64,000 bases of DNA from Candidatus Enterousia sp. (GTDB taxonomy: Bacteria; Pseudomonadota; Alphaproteobacteria; Rs-D84), in NCBI GenBank assembly GCA_045613445.1, contig JAZLAZ010000020.1, positions 74,433 through 138,432 on the forward strand, in the 5' to 3' direction. The position numbers were made by a program, and so were the translations under genes. This document shows positions 18,100 to 27,431 of this stretch, one piece after another. Under the pieces are notes generated by a model that saw only the letters and a program-made list of their open reading frames with translations, was not told where the DNA came from and made no database searches. Each line of letters starts with the position of its first letter. Position 1 is the stretch's first letter.

Positions 18100-18468
18100 T
18101 TATGCTGCTTTCTTTGCTGCAACTTTTTTTACCAAACGTGCACTGCGGTTTGCCTTGTGTGCAGGCTTTTTTGCAGGTGCAGCAGGTTTTCCAGCCTTCT
18201 TTTCAATGGCTTTTTTAATAGCTGCCATATCTTCTGTCAGGCGTGATACTGGTTTTGCCATTACGTATGCATCCAAACCGCCATGTTTTGTCAATGTACG
18301 CAGACCAGCAGTTGAAATACGTAATGAAAAATCGCGTCCCAAAATATCACTGTGGAACTTTAATGTTTGCAGATTTGGCAAGAATGTACGTTTTGTACGA
18401 CGATGAGAGTGAGATACATTCATCCCAACTTCTGTTTTCTTACCTGTAACTTTACATACACGTGGCAT
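18100..18468 (-). CDS. rpmB: 50S ribosomal protein L28 with Lys/Ala-rich C-terminal extension
   Basis: MPRVCKVTGKKTEVGMNVSHSHRRTKRTFLPNLQ. Confidence 0.9.
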   Translation of the reverse strand: MPRVCKVTGKKTEVGMNVSHSHRRTKRTFLPNLQTLKFHSDILGRDFSLRISTAGLRTLTKHGGLDAYVMAKPVSRLTEDMAAIKKAIEKKAGKPAAPAKKPAHKANRSARLVKKVAAKKAA

Positions 18469-18557
18469 AATACTTATCCTTAAATTATTAATAGCGGACT
18501 AAATTTATAATAAAAATCTAGAAAAGTCAAGTATTGTTTTCATATTTTTTATTTGTT

Positions 18558-19982
18558 TTATTTATGTCCGTCATTTAATAGGTCTGTTACAACCTTGGCT
18601 GGGGTAAATGTCGTTGTTGGAACCGCAACAAATATTGTGTTCCATTTTGACATCGCGCCGTTCCACAGGCCGGGGCGTTCCATTGCACGCAATTCATGTC
18701 CATCCTTTGATTTTGTGGATATAAAGCCAGTGGATTGGTCGATGTATTGTGTCAAATCGAACTTTTTAGCAGTGTAATCATGTGTCATACAAACTAAGTC
18801 CACAGGATTAAAATATTGTCCTTGGTGTAATATGGATGCTGATTCAGGTGCAATTTGTCCAGGTTCGATAATTTGCAAGCTTTCTGAACCATCAGAATTC
18901 TTTGTCCAGAATGGACCGCCACCCGGGGCGCCAGTGTTCTTTATCATACCACATACGCGCAGTGGGCGGTTTAATATGTTGCGGATTTCAGATGTTGCAA
19001 AATTGCGAATCCCAAGGTTATTTGATATAAAATCTTTGATTTCAGTTATATTGGCATTGCCAAAATCAATATCGTTTATATATTTGAATATTTGTTGCTG
19101 GATCTGAATTGCGATGCCTGCCAGTATCTTTTTATATAATACGGTGTCGTTTCTGGTGTCGTTCGTGCAGACATTGTCGATGTTTTTTATAAATATTATA
19201 TCTGCATCAATGTCGTTCAGATTTTCAATCAATGCGCCGTGACCAGATGGACGGAATAACAGCGAACCATCAGAATTGCGAAAAGGTATATTGTCAAGAT
19301 TTACTGCAATCGTATCTGTTTCTGGTTTTTGGGTGGATAAATCAATGTCGTATTTTATGCCCAGTTCTGATTCGTATTGCGGAATAATTTTGTTTAGCAG
19401 TGCTGTAAAACCGTCTTTGTGTTCTGGTGATACGGTAAAATGTATATTTACAATTTTATTAGATTCTGCGTATTGTGCACCTTCATACAGATGTTCCGCG
19501 ATGGCAGTAATGCCAGATTTGTTGTCATTATGGAATTTTAACAATCCTTTGGGCAGGTTGCCGTAATTTAGTCCTGATTTATCAATTATACATTTTATAA
19601 TGTCTTGTTCTGTGGCATTGTGGGGTAAAATTTGTTTCAAATCATTGTAAAAAGCAAATCTTGTCAGGTTGTCTAATACAATTTGTGTTGTTTTGTTCAT
19701 TGTGCCAGTATTCAAAAATTCAAATAGGTCTTTGAACATACGTGTCGCCGCCCCAGAAGCGGGTACAAATTTTGCAATTTTATAATTGTCTTTGTGTGTG
19801 TCGTATAGGTCTGCGTATTTAGTATCGTTGATTTCCATAATACCATCACCAGAAACCGCAGCAGATACAATTTGTATAAATGGAAAGCCTGTTTCAAAGT
19901 CAGATATTTGCTGATTTACTGTATCAAGTGTTAAATTATGATTTGTGATTTGTTCAATATCTTGGGGACTGAATTTTATCAT
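18558..19982 (-). CDS. DUF4301-like protein (UDP-sugar pyrophosphorylase-like fold suspected)
   Basis: FVPASGAATRMFK resembles the nucleotide-binding loop of the UDPGP family and of DUF4301. ATG 19982 preferred over the ORF-track 20186, which runs past the clpB start at 20122. Confidence 0.5.
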   Translation of the reverse strand: MIKFSPQDIEQITNHNLTLDTVNQQISDFETGFPFIQIVSAAVSGDGIMEINDTKYADLYDTHKDNYKIAKFVPASGAATRMFKDLFEFLNTGTMNKTTQIVLDNLTRFAFYNDLKQILPHNATEQDIIKCIIDKSGLNYGNLPKGLLKFHNDNKSGITAIAEHLYEGAQYAESNKIVNIHFTVSPEHKDGFTALLNKIIPQYESELGIKYDIDLSTQKPETDTIAVNLDNIPFRNSDGSLLFRPSGHGALIENLNDIDADIIFIKNIDNVCTNDTRNDTVLYKKILAGIAIQIQQQIFKYINDIDFGNANITEIKDFISNNLGIRNFATSEIRNILNRPLRVCGMIKNTGAPGGGPFWTKNSDGSESLQIIEPGQIAPESASILHQGQYFNPVDLVCMTHDYTAKKFDLTQYIDQSTGFISTKSKDGHELRAMERPGLWNGAMSKWNTIFVAVPTTTFTPAKVVTDLLNDGHK

Positions 19983-20060
19983 ATTTATATCCTGTGGTTT
20001 GCGTGTTACAGAATAATATAAATTTATTTCCTGTGCAAGGGTTGGTATTCGTTCCTGTGT

Positions 20061-20090
20061 CTTGAAAGCTGTTTTTGTGGCACTATATAT
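20061..20090 (+). promoter_or_regulatory. possible RpoH-type heat-shock promoter for clpB
   Basis: CTTGAAA, ~14 nt spacer, cACTATATAT. Loose match to the CTTGAAA / CCCCATnT-type consensus. Confidence 0.3.
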
Positions 20091-20121
20091 AGCACAGAAA
20101 TAATTTATAAGGAGCGTATAT

Positions 20122-22179
20122 ATGAATCCGGATGATTTACAAGAAACACCACAGCAGGCAATCGAAAAGTATACAACTGATTTCACAAAGCTGGCAGCTG
20201 ATGGAAAATTAGATCCTGTGATTGGGCGCGATGAAGAAATTCGTCGTACTATTCAGGTGCTAAGTCGTCGTACTAAGAATAATCCCGTGTTGATTGGTAA
20301 CCCAGGGGTTGGAAAAACAGCGATTGTTGAAGGTTTGGCAACGCGTATCATTTCAGGTGATGTGCCAGAAAACCTGTTGAAAAAACAGCTGTTGAGTTTG
20401 GATATGGGTGCGTTGATGGCGGGTGCATCTTTTCGTGGACAATTCGAGGGTCGCTTGAAAGCAATATTAAAAGCAGTCAAAGATTCAGACGGCAAAATAA
20501 TTTTGTTTATTGATGAATTGCATACTCTTGTCGGTGCAGGCAAGGGTGAAGGTAGTATGGATGCTGCGAACTTATTAAAGCCAATGTTGGCGCGTGGCGA
20601 ATTACACTGTTTGGGTGCGACAACATTGGATGAATATCGTCAATATATTGAAAAAGATCCAGCGTTGGCGCGTCGTTTCCAGCCTGTGTATGTTGATGAA
20701 CCAACAGTGGACGATACAATCTCTATATTGCGCGGATTAAAAGAAAAATACGAAGGACATCATGGGGTTCGTATTGCAGATGCTGCGCTGGTGTCTGCGG
20801 TTAAATTATCGAATCGGTATATCACAGACAGATTCTTGCCAGACAAGGCAATTGACTTGATTGACGAAGCTGCTGCGCGCGTACGAATCGAAATTGCGTC
20901 AAAACCAGATAAGCTGGACGAAGTTGACAGACATTTGATGCAATTGAAAATTGAACAGCAGGCATTGAAAAAAGAAAAAGATGAAGAGTCCAAGAAAAGA
21001 TTGGCTGATTTGGAAAATATAATTAAAAGTGTCGAAGCTGAATCCAAAGAATTGACTGCGCAATGGCAGGCAGAACAACAAAAAATGCGTGGCTTGTCAG
21101 ATGCAATGGCGGCATTGGATGTTGCCAAGGCCGAGGTTGCAACAGCAATGCGAAATGGTGATTATGAAAAAGCTTCTGCGTTGCAATATGGAAAAATTCC
21201 AGAACTGGAAGAAAAAATTGCAAAAATGAATGCTGATGCCAAAGAATATAAAACTGTTCTGCCAGAACATATCGCAGCGGTTGTTAGCAAGTGGACAGGT
21301 GTGCCTGCAGATAGATTAAATGCCGAAGAACAATCGAAGTTATTAAATATCGAAGATGCATTGCGTAAACGCGTTGTGGGGCAGGATCATGCGCTGGGGG
21401 TAATTGCACGTGCGATTCGTCGCAGTCGTGCTGGGTTATCTGATCCGCGCAGACCAATGGGCAGTTTTATGTTCTTAGGTCCCACAGGCGTTGGTAAAAC
21501 CGAAGTCGCCAAGGCATTGGCAGAATATCTGTTTAATGATGATACCGCAATGACGCGTATTGATATGAGTGAGTATATGGAGCCACATTCTGTATCGCGT
21601 TTAATCGGCAGTCCCCCAGGGTATGTCGGTTATGAACAGGGTGGGGTGCTGACTGAAAGTGTCAGACGCAGACCATATCAAGTTTTGTTGTTTGATGAAA
21701 TTGAAAAGGCAAATCCAGATGTGTTCAATGTGTTCTTGCAAATATTGGATGATGGTCGTCTGACAGACGGACAGGGGCATGTTGTGAACTTTACAAACAC
21801 AATTATTATAATGACCAGTAATTTACCAGATATGGATGCGGTTAAAAAGCATTTCAGACCGGAATTTATAAATCGAATTGATGAAATTGTGTTCTTTAAC
21901 CCACTGGGCAAGGATGTAATGAGTGGTATTGTAAGAATTCAATTACGCGGTCTGGAAAAACGTCTGTCTGAACGCAGAATTGGTATGAATATCACAGATA
22001 AGGCGATAAAGTGGCTGGGCGACAATGGGTATGATGCTGTATTTGGTGCGCGCCCATTAAAGCGTCTGATAACATCTGCAGTCGAAGATAAAATTGCAGA
22101 TCTGATATTGTCTGGCACATTAAACGAAGGCAGTACGGTCTATATCGATGTCAAAGGTAAAGATCTGACTGTAAATTAA
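20122..22179 (+). CDS. clpB: ClpB disaggregase lacking the N-terminal domain (685 aa)
   Basis: Starts just before [23 protein letters not shown]. Two AAA+ modules, coiled-coil M-domain. RBS AAGGAG. Confidence 0.9.
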   Translation: MNPDDLQETPQQAIEKYTTDFTKLAADGKLDPVIGRDEEIRRTIQVLSRRTKNNPVLIGNPGVGKTAIVEGLATRIISGDVPENLLKKQLLSLDMGALMAGASFRGQFEGRLKAILKAVKDSDGKIILFIDELHTLVGAGKGEGSMDAANLLKPMLARGELHCLGATTLDEYRQYIEKDPALARRFQPVYVDEPTVDDTISILRGLKEKYEGHHGVRIADAALVSAVKLSNRYITDRFLPDKAIDLIDEAAARVRIEIASKPDKLDEVDRHLMQLKIEQQALKKEKDEESKKRLADLENIIKSVEAESKELTAQWQAEQQKMRGLSDAMAALDVAKAEVATAMRNGDYEKASALQYGKIPELEEKIAKMNADAKEYKTVLPEHIAAVVSKWTGVPADRLNAEEQSKLLNIEDALRKRVVGQDHALGVIARAIRRSRAGLSDPRRPMGSFMFLGPTGVGKTEVAKALAEYLFNDDTAMTRIDMSEYMEPHSVSRLIGSPPGYVGYEQGGVLTESVRRRPYQVLLFDEIEKANPDVFNVFLQILDDGRLTDGQGHVVNFTNTIIIMTSNLPDMDAVKKHFRPEFINRIDEIVFFNPLGKDVMSGIVRIQLRGLEKRLSERRIGMNITDKAIKWLGDNGYDAVFGARPLKRLITSAVEDKIADLILSGTLNEGSTVYIDVKGKDLTVN

Positions 22180-22197
22180 ATCTAATGGCATATCTAA

Positions 22198-22253
22198 AGC
22201 GGGTTGGTAATGGCTCATGCAACTTTTGTACACTACGCCATTTCCAACCCGTT
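22198..22253. terminator. long imperfect inverted repeat between convergent clpB and hydrolase genes
   Basis: AGCGGGTTGGTAATGGC, 22 nt loop, GCCATTTCCAACCCGTT. No clear T-tract, and unlike the stereotyped terminators elsewhere. Confidence 0.4.
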
Positions 22254-22294
22254 TATCTATATCACTATCTTTAATTTTCCTGCTAATTATGGGG

Positions 22295-23248
22295 TTATTT
22301 GCGTTTTGAGTATTTTTTCTGAGATTGGATTAAGCGAATAATGGCTTTCCAATCATTGTATTGATCAATAAATGAATGTTTAGAATCTTTAAAGATTACA
22401 AATTTCCATAAGTGGCCATTTTTTCCAGATTTTAGAATGTTATACTTTTTAGATAATTCTTCGGGTGGTGATTTTTTGTCACGGCCACCTGCAACCAAAG
22501 TGATTGGAATATTATATCTGTCCATTAATTCTGGTTTAAATTCAGATTGTTTAACATCATCAAATATGCTTGGCAATACAGATATATATGTGAACTTGCC
22601 GTCTGGTCTGGGTTCGTGTGGGCTGGATATCCCGATTACACTATTATCAAATTGTTTATCTGTTGTTTCTGGGGTGAAATATCGATGTTTATAAAATCCT
22701 TTGATATAGCCTACAAAATCGTTGCAAATATATGGCGCAAACAAAACAGATGCAGAAAAACGTAATTTTTTTCTGTCGCTGATTCTTTTGTTATACATTT
22801 CAATAATAGCAGTGGCACCAGCAGAGTGTGCGATTAAACAAGAGTAGTTATATTTGTTTGTTTTACATTCTGTTTCTATTTTATCAAGGCCTGCATCTAT
22901 TAAATCGATATATTCGTCAAAAGTGTGCTTGGTGGCTAAAACTTGGGATGTTTCTGGTAAAAAGTTGCCTAAAAAAGTATCCAGACAATATACGTCATAT
23001 TTTACACTTAGTGCCCAAAATTCAATAATGCGCATCAGTGGTTCGGTTCTGGTATTGCTGGCCAAGCCTGGAACCAAAATAATACAGTTTTCAGACGGTG
23101 TGTTGTTGACAGAATAGTACGAAATTTGCCCGATTGTTTTATTTTCTGTTCTGGAGCTGTATTTTAGTTCCCAACGAAATGCCGCATCTTTTAATGCGGG
23201 TAATTTAGTTTTATATTCAGTTAAATCGATTTTATATGGTTTTTTCAT
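22295..23248 (-). CDS. alpha/beta-hydrolase fold protein
   Basis: Nucleophile elbow LIAHSAGA, C-terminal D/H candidates. AT-rich by eye. Confidence 0.55.
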   Translation of the reverse strand: MKKPYKIDLTEYKTKLPALKDAAFRWELKYSSRTENKTIGQISYYSVNNTPSENCIILVPGLASNTRTEPLMRIIEFWALSVKYDVYCLDTFLGNFLPETSQVLATKHTFDEYIDLIDAGLDKIETECKTNKYNYSCLIAHSAGATAIIEMYNKRISDRKKLRFSASVLFAPYICNDFVGYIKGFYKHRYFTPETTDKQFDNSVIGISSPHEPRPDGKFTYISVLPSIFDDVKQSEFKPELMDRYNIPITLVAGGRDKKSPPEELSKKYNILKSGKNGHLWKFVIFKDSKHSFIDQYNDWKAIIRLIQSQKKYSKRK

Positions 23249-23302
23249 AATGAAAAATATACTAGTACAAAACACGCGATTGTCAATATATTATTTTTTC
23301 TG

Positions 23303-23331
23303 TTGACATTTGTTTTGATAATGTATAAAAT
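23303..23331 (+). promoter_or_regulatory. sigma70 promoter for tRNA-Ala
   Basis: TTGACA, 17 nt spacer, TAAAAT; ends 34 nt upstream of the tRNA. Confidence 0.55.
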
Positions 23332-23364
23332 CAGTTCGCTTTTAGAAATAAAATGCAAAGTTTT

Positions 23365-23440
23365 GGGGTTGTAGCTCAGTTGGTAGAGCACCTGCTTTGC
23401 AAGCAGGGGGTCGTCAGTTCGAGCCTGATCAGCTCCACCA
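23365..23440 (+). tRNA. tRNA-Ala(UGC), CCA encoded
   Basis: GGGGTTGTAGCTCAGTTGGTAGAGCACCTGCTTTGCAAGCAGGGGGTCGTCAGTTCGAGCCTGATCAGCTCCACCA. G3:U70 identity pair present. Confidence 0.95.
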
Positions 23441-23449
23441 AAACAAATA

Positions 23450-23474
23450 AAGGGGGATGAAAATCCCCTTTTTA
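23450..23474 (+). terminator. intrinsic terminator after tRNA-Ala
   Basis: aGGGGGATgaaaATCCCCTtttt (GAAA loop). Confidence 0.7.
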
Positions 23475-23517
23475 AGTAAAATAAATACAAGTTCGCCGAA
23501 AAGGGGGTGAATATATA

Positions 23518-23724
23518 ATGGTAAAAGTTTTGGTTCGTGATAATAACGTAGAACAGGCGTTGCGTGTTGCAAAACGTAAATCACAAAAAGAAGGTCTGTA
23601 TCGCGAAATGAAAGAACGTCAGCGTTTCGAAAAACCAACAACAAAACGCAAACGTTTGAAAGAAGAAGCTGTGCGCAACGAAAAAAAGCGTCAGTCAAAA
23701 CAGCGTATGGTCTTTGGTTTCTAA
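23518..23724 (+). CDS. rpsU: 30S ribosomal protein S21
   Basis: [21 protein letters not shown]...; RBS AAGGGGG. Confidence 0.9.
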   Translation: MVKVLVRDNNVEQALRVAKRKSQKEGLYREMKERQRFEKPTTKRKRLKEEAVRNEKKRQSKQRMVFGF

Positions 23725-23732
23725 AGATTAGA

Positions 23733-23756
23733 AAGTCCCCGTTTCGGGGATTTTTA
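23733..23756 (+). terminator. intrinsic terminator after rpsU
   Basis: aagTCCCCGtttCGGGGAttttt. Confidence 0.7.
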
Positions 23757-23793
23757 TTTTGTTATTTTTTGCCACTTGTATATAATAAATGTC

Positions 23794-24438
23794 ATGAAAT
23801 TGGAATCAGATGGTATTTTAATCGCATTAAAGCCTTTTAATGAACGTGATGCGTTGGGGCGTGTGTTTACGCGTGATAGTGGTATTTTGGTTGGTATGTT
23901 GCGTGGCGCAGTGGTTGCCAGGAAAAATATTCCACAAATTGGACAAAATGGATGCGTGTCATGGAATGCGCGACTTGATTCGCAATTAGGGGTGTTTCAT
24001 TGGGAAGCGGAAAAAAATATTGGTGCAAAAATAATGTTGAATCCAAATGCACTGATGTTTATGAATTCTGCGTTTGACTTGTTAAATACTTTATTGCCGG
24101 AACGCGAAGCGTATGTTGATTTATATAATGCAACGAATCGGTTGCTGGAATCTTTATCGCATGGCGATATGGGTGCATATTTGCAGTGGGAAATTTGTCT
24201 GTTGCGTGAATTGGGATATGCACTGGATTTGTCAAAGTGTTCTGGATGTGGTGGATGCGAATCGCTGGAATATTTGTCACCGCGTACAGGACGCGCCGTG
24301 TGCAGTACGTGCGCCCAACCATATTTGGCAAAATTATATAAATTACCGGTTGATACAAATGTTACATTGCGGTTCTTGGAAAGTGTTTGTTTACAACAGG
24401 GGGTTCAAATTCCACTGATGCGTAAATTATTAAAATAG
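23794..24438 (+). CDS. recO: DNA repair protein RecO
   Basis: N-terminal OB-fold pattern (GILIALKPFNERDALGRVFT) and C-terminal Cys cluster CSGCGG...CSTC. Confidence 0.75.
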   Translation: MKLESDGILIALKPFNERDALGRVFTRDSGILVGMLRGAVVARKNIPQIGQNGCVSWNARLDSQLGVFHWEAEKNIGAKIMLNPNALMFMNSAFDLLNTLLPEREAYVDLYNATNRLLESLSHGDMGAYLQWEICLLRELGYALDLSKCSGCGGCESLEYLSPRTGRAVCSTCAQPYLAKLYKLPVDTNVTLRFLESVCLQQGVQIPLMRKLLK

Positions 24439-24510
24439 TTGCATATTTATTCCTTGCGATTTTTTGAAAATTTGCTATGGTAAGCCTGTTCAACAGAAAA
24501 GGAGAAAATC

Positions 24511-25335
24511 ATGACTTGGACAATTTTGGTACTGATATTGGGTATCGCGTTGTATGTATTTTCTGGCGTACTGGCGAAACAGAACGCAAAGAAACCAACA
24601 GCGATGTCTGTATATGTAAAAAAAGCAATCAATGTTGTTGCAGCATTGTTGATTGCTGGTGGTGTTTGTCGTTTGTATGTTCCATACTATTTGACAGATG
24701 TCAACCCTGGCATTATTCAAGAAATGGTCGAAGGTATGCAGGCACAACAACAGGCAGAAAAAAATAAAATGGTTCGCAAATATGTTCGTGAACATGCAGA
24801 TGAAATGATTGCAGATGCACCAGTATTGGGTAATGAATCTGCAGAAAATACAATTTATGTATGGACTGCTGCATCATGTGGTTATTGCCGTCGTGTACAT
24901 GGCGAATTGGAAAGCGTTTTGGCAGATCGTGATGATGTTCGTGTTGTTGTCAAGAACTTTTCAATCCATGGCGTAATGAGTGATGCACCAGCACGCGCAA
25001 TGATTGCTGCGAAATTGCAGGGCAATGACAAGGCTGCAAAATTGGTTGATATGATTATGACACGTGAATATCGTCCACAAGATCAGTCAAATGACCAAGA
25101 AAAATTGGCTGCTGCGATTGAAAAGAATATCATGAAATACGCAGAAGAAGCTGGTTTGGATACTGCACAATTGAAACAAGATATGAATGGCGAAGTTGTT
25201 GCACGTGAATTGGCAAATGTTCGTGATTTGGCACAGTTGTTTGAAATTACAGGAACACCATTCTTGATTATCAACGATCAGGCGTTCCCAGGCGCAATCC
25301 CTGCAAGCCAAATTAAAGCAGCGTTGGATAAATAA
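24511..25335 (+). CDS. membrane-anchored DsbA/thioredoxin-fold protein
   Basis: N-terminal TM; CGYC active site; GTPFLIIN cis-Pro region. Confidence 0.7.
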   Translation: MTWTILVLILGIALYVFSGVLAKQNAKKPTAMSVYVKKAINVVAALLIAGGVCRLYVPYYLTDVNPGIIQEMVEGMQAQQQAEKNKMVRKYVREHADEMIADAPVLGNESAENTIYVWTAASCGYCRRVHGELESVLADRDDVRVVVKNFSIHGVMSDAPARAMIAAKLQGNDKAAKLVDMIMTREYRPQDQSNDQEKLAAAIEKNIMKYAEEAGLDTAQLKQDMNGEVVARELANVRDLAQLFEITGTPFLIINDQAFPGAIPASQIKAALDK

Positions 25336-25350
25336 TCTTATTTGTTCAAT

Positions 25351-25378
25351 AAAAATCCCCCAAATGGGGGATTTTTTT
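25351..25378 (+). terminator. intrinsic terminator after the dsbA-like gene
   Basis: aaaaATCCCCCaaaTGGGGGATttttttt. Confidence 0.75.
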
Positions 25379-25380
25379 AT

Positions 25381-25409
25381 TGTTGAAAAATATTGAAAAA
25401 TTCAATAAA
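25381..25409 (+). promoter_or_regulatory. sigma70 promoter driving the 25.4-25.7 kb structured leader/sRNA region
   Basis: TTGAAA, exactly 17 nt spacer, TAAAAT. Confidence 0.5.
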
Positions 25410-25415
25410 ATATAT

Positions 25416-25521
25416 GCAGAACTGACAGGGATGTTGGTTCTGGGCCTTAGAAAAGCCAAAGCATTTCGGTGCAGATGCGTCGTAATCTGATGTTATCGGT
25501 GTCTTTGCACCGTTGTTTTTT
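25416..25521 (+). ncRNA. candidate ~105-nt terminated RNA (unknown class)
   Basis: Starts ~7 nt after the -10. Ends in CGGUGCA...UGCACCG (25467-73/25506-12) plus U-tract. Inner CAGAU/AUCUG hairpin. Confidence 0.35.
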
Positions 25522-25537
25522 CCCCGCCATTATATGT

Positions 25538-25636
25538 GTCGGGGTGCTGTTGTGATATGTTGAAAGCAACAGGGTCATTAAATGCTTGATTTTTCTAACA
25601 CCCCGACCGTCAATCTCGTGTGACGGTTTTTGTTTT
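25538..25636 (+). ncRNA. second candidate structured RNA/attenuator upstream of the Cys-rich gene cluster
   Basis: 9-bp closing helix GUCGGGGUG/CACCCCGAC (25538-46/25599-607) enclosing CUGUUG/CAACAG. It is stacked on terminator CCGUCA/UGACGG plus U5. Confidence 0.35.
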
Positions 25637-25747
25637 GGGTAACGATGCGCGGGGAATTGTCGATGTTTATATTCCGACTATAACACCTTGACATAACGAC
25701 TGTTTTCTGTGTTTCGTTTACCGCCATTACAAAGGAACTGTGCATTT

Positions 25748-26779
25748 ATGCGGAGAATGTGGGTAATTTTTTGTTGTGTGATTTCATGCGGGGCGTCTGC
25801 TGCAACATTCAGCAGTGTTCGTGTGCCATTGTGTGGTTATGGTTATTATCGGTATGGTTCTGAATGTCGCGCTGTTGATGTTCAGGCGGATAAGTGTACA
25901 CCGATAAATGGGGTCAGTACATATCGTGTCTTTATGGATTCTACATCATTTATGTTCCAAGAACATTCCGAATTGATATGTTTGGGAACGCATATATTGT
26001 ACGAATATGATGATGAATTATTGGGTACGATGTTCAGTGGTGGCACATTGCGAACATTTGGACCGCCGATGTGTGGATATGGATATTATCGATTGAATAA
26101 CAAGTGTTACAAGAAAACAGATGCAGTTGCATCAGAATTGTGTCCTGAAAACTTTCATAAGACAGGAACGGATACAGCGTCATATATGTCGTTGTTTGCG
26201 TCTGAAAATATATGTTTGGGGACATATGGTGTGTATGAATATTCGGATTTATTATATCCGTTATATAATGGTATTTTGGTGTCTGTTGGTGCGCCGTTAC
26301 ATACTGCGTCTGATATGCGTGGTACGCCGTGCAGTGTGAATTCAGGGCATTATTATAAAATTGCGACTGCGACAGAAGATGCATTTACACATCCAGACAT
26401 TGGCGCATGTCCGACGGCCAGTGGTAAATTTGTTGTGAATACAGATTGCAAGGATATAAATACCAACGATTCAAATGTGTTGGGTAAAAATCCGGTATGT
26501 GGTGTATTGTGCAGCAGTGGTGTTTATACAAATTCTGGGGTATGTTCAGATGGTTATTGTGAACAGAATAACAAGAAAAAGCGTCTGTTTTTCAAGAAAG
26601 AAAACGGTACATACAGTATACCATTGTATTCAACACCGACAACAACGCCGTCGATAAATATTCGTTTAACGGGTGACGATGGGGTTGGACGTACATGTTA
26701 TATGAATTTGATACCAACTGTTCGTGATAACACAATACGAATACAGTATAACGATAAAACATACCACGGCATAGATTAA
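25748..26779 (+). CDS. secreted cysteine-rich protein with internal duplication (343 aa)
   Basis: Signal peptide MRRMWVIFCCVISCGASAA. Duplicated modules: (P)LCGYGYYR..x..C and ICLGT..YEY. Confidence 0.6.
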   Translation: MRRMWVIFCCVISCGASAATFSSVRVPLCGYGYYRYGSECRAVDVQADKCTPINGVSTYRVFMDSTSFMFQEHSELICLGTHILYEYDDELLGTMFSGGTLRTFGPPMCGYGYYRLNNKCYKKTDAVASELCPENFHKTGTDTASYMSLFASENICLGTYGVYEYSDLLYPLYNGILVSVGAPLHTASDMRGTPCSVNSGHYYKIATATEDAFTHPDIGACPTASGKFVVNTDCKDINTNDSNVLGKNPVCGVLCSSGVYTNSGVCSDGYCEQNNKKKRLFFKKENGTYSIPLYSTPTTTPSINIRLTGDDGVGRTCYMNLIPTVRDNTIRIQYNDKTYHGID

Positions 26780-26801
26780 AATACAGGGGGGTAAAAGAAC
26801 C

Positions 26802-27332
26802 ATGAAAAAAATATTGTTTATAATATTTGCAGTAATGATGATTGCGCCAACATTTGGTGCAGATACGAACGAGATATGCAAACGCAAAACATTGACGATG
26901 ATTGTGTTGCAAAAGAATGTAAATGGTTCTGTCAGCGACAGTGATACTGACACGATGCGTTGGGGGGTGGAATACGGGTATGATTTATTTGCAAATTCGC
27001 ATACGGAATATATCAGTGAAATTACTGGCAGTACGACATGTAATGATATTGCGGTAAAAAGTGCAATTGATGGTTCATCGAACAATGCAGGTGCGGCAGC
27101 ACCAGGGGATGCGAATACATTTTTGCGTGCTGCGACAAATGATGTTGGGTCAAATTGCTGGTGCAAGATGGATGGGCCTGTGACATCGTGGTGGGTGTAT
27201 TTGAAAACATTTGACAGTGCAGATGCGTGTGCGTCTGGGTGTACATCGTATTGTGCGAATGGTATGGCCAGAAATACAGAAATGTCCAATGGACGATTGA
27301 TGCGTCATGCGATATTTGATGCCATATGGTAA
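26802..27332 (+). CDS. secreted 7-Cys protein, CWCKM family paralog 1
   Basis: Signal peptide; NVNGS; NCWCKMDGPVTSWWVY; CASGCTSYC. Paralog of 27432-27929. Confidence 0.65.
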   Translation: MKKILFIIFAVMMIAPTFGADTNEICKRKTLTMIVLQKNVNGSVSDSDTDTMRWGVEYGYDLFANSHTEYISEITGSTTCNDIAVKSAIDGSSNNAGAAAPGDANTFLRAATNDVGSNCWCKMDGPVTSWWVYLKTFDSADACASGCTSYCANGMARNTEMSNGRLMRHAIFDAIW

Positions 27333-27364
27333 CGCGGGTGTTCATTGCAGTGTGTCACCGTACC

Positions 27365-27389
27365 GTCATACCCACGCAGGTGGGTATCC
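27365..27389. repeat. REP-like palindromic unit
   Basis: GTCATACCCACGCAGGTGGGTATCC. Same family as 28034-28118; spurious ORFs read ..LRGYD. Confidence 0.7.
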
Positions 27390-27431
27390 ATGGAAAGGGG
27401 CTGAACAAAAAAAGGATTAAAAGGGGCAAAC

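Noticed and set aside
17758-18246. ORFs overlapping the tRNA-Leu region (17758-18051, 17877-18218, 17882-18073, 18028-18246)
   Set aside because: They cover the tRNA, its terminators and the antisense of rpmB, and have no independent support.
25416-25521. Candidate c-di-GMP-I (GEMM) riboswitch or SRP/4.5S RNA
   Set aside because: Only short word matches (ACAGGG, CAAAGC) are present. The paired P1a/P1b tetraloop-receptor layout and the SRP GGAAGCAGC motif are absent. It is kept only as an unclassified RNA candidate.
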